From positions 62,001 through 126,000 of the forward strand of contig BAAIJX010000023.1 of the NCBI GenBank assembly GCA_054600435.1: 64,000 bases of DNA. Direction: 5' to 3'. The DNA comes from Neophaeotheca triangularis (Eukaryota). Below the pieces are notes generated by a model. That model was not told the DNA's origin, did not search any database, and was given only the letters and a program-made list of their open reading frames with translations. A program made the translations under genes and the position numbers. Below, piece by piece: positions 58,399 through 64,000 of this stretch; the first letter of the stretch is position 1; every line of letters begins with the position of its first letter.

Positions 58399-59330
58399 TT
58401 ATATCGAAGCCATCCATGACGAGCTAGCTGTGGGAAACGAACGCCTCCTCCGAGCTCGATACAGGCTACTCAGAAAGCTCACTCTCCTCGAGGAATCATT
58501 GAGCAGATCGTAGCAGAGCTCGTGTTTCTCCTGAACAAAATCGTCGATTGCCTTGTGGTCCATGAGCTTCGAATCGAATAAATTGAGCGTCTGGACACAC
58601 GCGATACGAAGCTCACCAATCTCGCGCGGCGTAAAGCTGTAGACGACGCGGAGAGTCTCGGCCACAAGTGCCCCCGGTTTGGTATCGTACTGTGCAAGGA
58701 GCTCGAACTCCTGTCGAAAGCGCCGAATGGAAAACTTGTACAGATCGTGCACCTGATACTTCACTGCCATTGCGAAGACTTTGGCGTGCATGATTGCGGG
58801 GATGTCGCCGTTTTCGAACTTGGTTCCTCCGTCGTATTCGAGAATATTTGGGATTGGATTGGCGCTGCCTCCCAGGTTGGCCTTTGGCGTTTCGTAGTTT
58901 TGATGGTGATAAAAGAAGTACATCATACACAACACGACTTCGGGGTCGTCAAGCTCGGAGTTGGATACGTCGTCAACTTGTGCCTGGTCGCCGGAGTCGA
59001 TGGCTTTGAGGTTGATGACGCCAGTAGAGCCCTCCTAGAAACGAATCAGCTTGCTTCCGTGAGGACCCAGGGGGGTGCCTCTAGACTTACGATGAAGCGC
59101 CCATCTTTGCATGCAGCTTTGAAGAAGTCGGACTGACAGCAAAGCACGGCTTTGTGCACTCGGAAGTGGTAGGGGCCGCATATGACTTTCAAATCAGAGT
59201 GTTCGCCGGAGTAATACAGCCTCGCGACAAGTCAGCAACATATCAGCATTGCACGCCTGGATAGTAAGACTAACTTCGCAAAGTTCTGCTTGAAGACGTT
59301 CTCCACCGCCTGTTCCTCGCTGCTGGACAT
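58399..59330 (-). CDS. BTB/POZ-domain protein (paralog 3), ~273 aa. Exons 59330-59275, 59220-59091, 59034-58399
   Basis: LYYSGEHSDLKVICG..FRVHKAVLCCQSDFFKAAC; 'DDPEVV..MMYFFY'; 'MHAKVFAMAVKYQV'. Confidence 0.86.
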
Positions 59331-59818
59331 GACTTTGAGAAAACTCTTGCGGCGGATATTGCTGTTGGAACGCTGCGTACGTGAAGCTAGGAGGGTGAAG
59401 ACTTAGTGATGGTCGCGAACCATGCCATCAAGTGGCTGTGACTTGTCGACCGTGTGAGCGAAGAGTTGACTCAGGCTCAGATGGCGGAGCGAATGAAGAT
59501 GCTTGCAAGGGTGCCCGCCAAGTAGGAAGCGAAAGGCTAAAAGTCCGAAGCTGTTTAGAAGACTTTGCCGGGCATGTATGTGTGTGTTGTGAAGGACGTG
59601 GTTGTAGAAGATGAAAGTGTTTTGGCCGTTTCGGTGGCGAGGAAAGAGTGGACTTAGGGAGAGCCTTATGAGGGCAGGCGCGCAAGCAATCGTCACGACA
59701 ACCTCCCGCAACAACACGCAGGTGGACCTATAGAAAGCCCTACATGTACCAGCCGGGAGGAGAGCAGGTTACCTACCTTTGTCAGAACTTCACCATATAC
59801 CTAACCATCAAGAAGTTT

Positions 59819-60772
59819 TCACGTCTCCTCCACCTCCCTCCCCATAACCACATCCAACGCCCTCCGACTAACACTAACATTCCGCTCCAACGCCCCCAAC
59901 TTGGCCATGGCAGCCATAAGACTGGGATCCTGGCTCTCGACCCTCACCTTCTCCTTGACCCTAACCTCCCGCCCTTTCCAAACGAAGACCTCATCCGCCT
60001 CCTCATGAACCGGCTGTCTCCCACCACCCAATGCACTTGCAAACCTCTCTCTCAACGAGAAGCCCGAATAACTCGACGCAGTCCCGGCACCCAGCGGTGT
60101 GGTGGCACCCGCACCAGCACCCGCAGCCTCCAAAGTCCTAACATTCAACAGCACAGCCGCCTCGGAGACACTCAGATGAAACGACACATTCGGCGGTAAT
60201 GGCGGATCAAAAGCCGCTTCGTCAGCAGCTTCCTCCCACCACTCCTTCTGCCCAGGCGTCCAACCCTTTAGCGCTCCTTTCGCTTCCTGGATATTCTCGT
60301 GCAGTAGCTTCAATTGCCCGCAGATAAAGCCCGCGTCCTGGCTATCTCCCGTCCACCGCGTAGCGTCCACGACGTCGAGACAGGCATTTATAAGCGTGCG
60401 CGCGGTCGTCAATTGCTCGAGGACAATCGTTGGAGCGGTGGATTGGTTCGAGATGGAGAGTTTATAACTGCTCTGGCCTTTTTGCTGCGGTGGGAGGGAA
60501 GGAAGTCGCAGGTGGATGTCACCTTTGACGACACGAGTGCCAATGCGGGTCACGAAGCCTTTGAGCGATTCGCTGCGCAGCGAGGACAGCACGAGCGTGC
60601 TACCGGGTTCTTGAGGCGCGAGCAATTTCGCGCAGTCTTCGAGGCCGGCTTTGAGGGCTTGGAGCGTTTCTTGCAGAGAGGTGAGGAGCCAGGTTAGCTC
60701 GCGCGCGATGGTGGCATCTTCTTCGGCGATGAGGGTCTGGGGGTCGGTGGGCGGCCAGACGAGCGTGGACAT
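59819..60772 (-). CDS. RAV2: RAVE complex subunit Rav2 / Rogdi leucine-zipper protein, 317 aa
   Basis: 'RELTWLL.SLQETL..LK.GL', 'STLVLSSLRSE.LKGFVTR.GT', 'V.VKEKVRVESQDP.L', typical of the Rogdi_lz family. Confidence 0.85.
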   Translation of the reverse strand: MSTLVWPPTDPQTLIAEEDATIARELTWLLTSLQETLQALKAGLEDCAKLLAPQEPGSTLVLSSLRSESLKGFVTRIGTRVVKGDIHLRLPSLPPQQKGQSSYKLSISNQSTAPTIVLEQLTTARTLINACLDVVDATRWTGDSQDAGFICGQLKLLHENIQEAKGALKGWTPGQKEWWEEAADEAAFDPPLPPNVSFHLSVSEAAVLLNVRTLEAAGAGAGATTPLGAGTASSYSGFSLRERFASALGGGRQPVHEEADEVFVWKGREVRVKEKVRVESQDPSLMAAMAKLGALERNVSVSRRALDVVMGREVEET

Positions 60773-60935
60773 GATGGATGCGATTGCGTGTGCTTGCGTT
60801 GGGCAGAAGCAGACGATGCCTAAACCCGTGACTGGGGAACGGGTAGAGGTAGGGTGAGGTGTCGAGGTATGTTTACGATTCGATAGGGTTTGGGATGGTG
60901 GAGCTACCGGATTGGGAGTAGTTCCGAAGAGAGAA

Positions 60936-60952
60936 GGGGGGGGGGGGGGGGG
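60936..60952. repeat. Poly-G tract (17 nt) upstream of RAV2
   Basis: Homopolymer run seen directly. Confidence 0.85.
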
Positions 60953-61766
60953 ATCGTCAAAGGCTCAAAGCCACTTCTAGTAGTAGTGACTGCGGCGCGA
61001 GCTCAGCTGATCTGAACCTTGGAAGGTTTTGGATGCGGTAGTGCGGAAGTGCCCGTTGAATGCCCTTTACCGCCGGCGTACATGTACATTCCTCGAGGTG
61101 GACTGTTGTCATGGGAGCGCCATAATTTAATATTTTGTCGATAGAAGACATGTCTATACATTCAATTAACTACAGTATCACATTATTCACGTCAAACTCG
61201 AGAAAAAGAGCTATCGCGAACAGAGTTCAATTGGAGCTTCCGTCCGCGCTTCATGGCGCCCAATTATTGGAGACGGCCGCGGCTTGGATAGAGACTTCCA
61301 TTATCGTACCTACAGGTAGGTACCTAAGGTAAGGTAGGTAAGGACGGAGGACGGGTACCTAGCTCCTAGTAGTGACGTCGCAAACAGGACGGCCGAGGGA
61401 GACAAAAGCCGTTTGCGTCACACGTCGAGCTTGGCCCAGACGACAGCTCCCGTTAGCGGCCTGATGCTGAGACAATCCTCCTCAAATCCTGCCCTCCCCG
61501 TCCTACCATTAACCGTCAACCTTGTCTTCTGCTCTCGTTGTTCCTCCTCCTACATTGCTTTCCTATAGCTATCGCACACTTCCACTCCTCCTCGTGTCAC
61601 CTCCGCCCTCGTGCGCATCGCGTCGCCTGTGATATCCCATCCCCCCCTCCTGGCCTGTACGTCCTCACCCACCATTCACAGCCTAGACGTCGTTTCTTTC
61701 TAACTGTTTACAGCGGACCTCGGACCTCCCTCTACTCGACTTCTACCCTCTGTAATAACCGTCAAG

Positions 61767-62652
61767 ATGGGCGCAGCTCGTACGTCCCACACCCCGGCAA
61801 CACTAAAACCACCCCCACACCCACACCCACTGACAATGCCCCCCCTCCAGGTCCCCTCATGGGAGCAGCCTCCCTCCTCATCCTCGCCGGCGGCATAGTC
61901 CTCCAACTCTTCGTAATCCTCTCCGGCATGGGCGCAGGAACCCCACTCAACCTCGTCTATTTCCTACAAACCACCACCGACAACATCGACGGCGCATCAC
62001 GCAACCCAGTCCGCTGGACCTTCCTTGCAATCTGCGGCACCGACGACAGCGGCAACAACGCAAACTGCCGCTCCACGCAACCCGCGCTGCCCTTTGACCC
62101 GCCCAACAACTTCGACACGGAGCAAGGCATCCCCGACACTTTCATCGGCACCAACAAATTCTACTACCTCAGCCGCTTCATGTTCGCCTTTTACCTGATC
62201 GCCCTCTTCTTCGCCGTCGTCTCGCTCTTCGTCGGTGTGCTCGCGCTCTGCACGCGCCTTGGCTCCTATCTCTCCGGCTTCACCGTCTCCATCGCGCTCT
62301 TCTTTCAGACCCTCGCAGCAGCGCTCATGACGTGCGTCTCCCCTACCCTGCCAAACCCCCTCGAACCCTGTCCCCCAACTAACACTCCTTCAGCGCCTGG
62401 ACAGTCCAAGGCCGCAATGCCTTCCGCAGCAACGACGAATCCGCCCAACTCGGCCGCTACGCTTACGGCTTCACCTGGGCCGCCATGGCCTGTTTCCTCA
62501 TCTGCACGGTCCTGTTCTGCATTGGCGGCCGCGCGGGCAAAGACAGCACGTATCAGAAGAAGAGCTATTTCGGCCGCAAGAGGAGTACGCGGAGTCGGGG
62601 TAGCTTTGTTGACGGTGAGAGCCAGAGGAGGGTAAAGGATGAGTATGAGTGA
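61767..62652 (+). CDS. SUR7: Sur7/PalI-family tetraspan plasma-membrane protein, ~250 aa. Exons 61767-61779, 61851-62331, 62394-62652
   Basis: Four TM segments, claudin-like 'RWTFLAIC...C', 'PFDPPNNF', 'YYLSRFMFAF', 'RSRGSF' tail. The joined CDS is 753 nt. Confidence 0.92.
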
Positions 62653-63519
62653 GGCAATGTTGAAAGGACAGGAGGAGGGTGGGAGGGTAGTTGTTTGATC
62701 GGATTGGATACCCGTGCAAGAGCTACGCGACGCGATGTCACGGGTTGGGTTGGAAACGGAAATGGAATGGATGAAAATCAAATCGCGCGGAATCTCGTAA
62801 CAAATCTCCGGTTGTTTTTTTCTAAACTTGCTTTTTTTCTTCTTTTTCTAAACGAACGCCGCTCGCACTGCCGTACCGACATGGGAAGAGGAGGGTGGTT
62901 TTTTGTCGTCTCTTTTGCAAGCAAAGCCTGCTGGAATGTACGGATCATGTAGGGCTACGTATACTTAATGTCTCTTTTATACCTTGGCTCTTCTCGTTTC
63001 TCGTGCTAGCGAATGTCATGGGTCTTTTGGTCAATGGATGTGCGCACTCGGTTGCGGGTACTGGATTCGACTGGCTATCTAAAGGATTCGAGAGTTCGAT
63101 GGATGAGAAGAAGTACGATGGATGAAAAGAAGGGATGTGAGAGGCTCGGGACCGTGAATGCAACCGAGCAGTTCGAGTAGAGTGTCTAGCTTGCTGGAGC
63201 AAAAAACTGGAAAAAGGCCCGTCCGCCCGTATGGCCGCAGCTCGAAGAAAGCGTCGATGAGGTAGTTGATGCTTGCCCACGAAGTCAGACGGACGGAAGC
63301 TCCAGGCGGCGGCACTCTGTCCTCCTCACGTCAAAGGTTCCCTTCATCTGCTGCTGCGGCTTTTCCTTCCCGTGTTCGTAGCAAAGCACTGGAAAAGGAA
63401 ATCTCTCGCCATCCTGCCCTCGGGATTCACGTACCCCTTTGCCCTTTCCCTCTGCCCCTCACACGACGACCCCTCATACAACGCTCGCTACCTACCCTCC
63501 ACCCTCCTCCTAAAACCCC

Positions 63520-64000
63520 CTAGCAAGCGCCCCGACAATCCGACTCCCCCGCCTGCCGAAGCGGATGCTCCAACGCCGCTGCCCCCAAATGCGCCGGCGT
63601 CCTCTCAGCCGCCCCAACCCCGCCGCTATAACCCCGCCCCACCCCTTCCTCCTTCCCGTCCTCTCCCGCGGTTTTCGCGCGTTCCAGGAACTTGCTGCTC
63701 GGGCACGTGCACCATCCGGTGCATTCGCAGGGGTTCCACAGTTGGCGGAATTCTTCGCGCGTGAGCGGCGTGGCGGGGGTGTAGGGGTTGGTTCCTTTTG
63801 CTGTGGCTGGGGGAGGGGAGAGCGAGGGCGAGGGCGAGGGCGAGTGCGAGGATGGGGTCGGGCTGGCCGGCTTGGTCGTGGCGAGGCTTGGGTGGTCGGG
63901 AGGGGGTGTGGGGCTGCTGGATGTGGTGGTGGGTGACGCGTGGTCGGTGGTTTCGGCCAAGGTGGCGGTGATGGGGGCGCTGAGGGAAGCGGGTTCGACG
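63520..64000 (-). CDS. 3' part of a hypothetical Pro/Ser/Thr-rich protein entering from beyond the window edge
   Basis: Open frame to the window end, with a 'WNPCECTGWCTCP' Cys cluster and the same C-rich to G-rich coding gradient as neighbouring genes. Confidence 0.45.
   Translation of the reverse strand, partial: VEPASLSAPITATLAETTDHASPTTTSSSPTPPPDHPSLATTKPASPTPSSHSPSPSPSLSPPPATAKGTNPYTPATPLTREEFRQLWNPCECTGWCTCPSSKFLERAKTAGEDGKEEGVGRGYSGGVGAAERTPAHLGAAALEHPLRQAGESDCRGAC

Overview
Eukaryotic, gene-dense (~54% GC by eye) filamentous-ascomycete genomic DNA, probably Dothideomycete-like (inference from intron style and gene content). It has short GT-AG spliceosomal introns with CTRAY branch points. 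About 27 protein-coding genes can be supported, mostly housekeeping: PTK2-like and haspin kinases, an Aly/Yra1-family RRM export adaptor, GIG1-like, CBR1, YAF9, a GH31 alpha-glucosidase, MDL1-type ABC transporter, SPOUT methyltransferase, Fcr3/Yap-like bZIP, She10-like ER protein, VPS62-like, MDM34, WBP1, complex I 9.5-kDa subunit, DOA10, RAV2/Rogdi and SUR7. There are also three dispersed BTB/POZ paralogs and a few orphans. I saw no tRNA, rRNA, intact transposon or CRISPR array. The most notable observations are four. (1) The Aly/Yra1-like gene can only be read in frame through a non-canonical AAG|GGAAGT 5' splice site, which has a proximal acceptor leading to a premature stop and a distal productive acceptor, suggesting an autoregulatory splicing switch. 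(2) The GH31 enzyme carries two insertions: a CBM20-like module inside the catalytic domain and a Kex2-preceded W-[DG]-R-P-G tandem repeat in the N-terminal domain. (3) The three BTB genes share identical exon architecture. (4) A ~26-bp double-GATA element is shared upstream of two ER-proteostasis genes. Exon boundaries were read by hand and, apart from the bZIP 5' end, checked for frame, but none is confirmed by transcripts.
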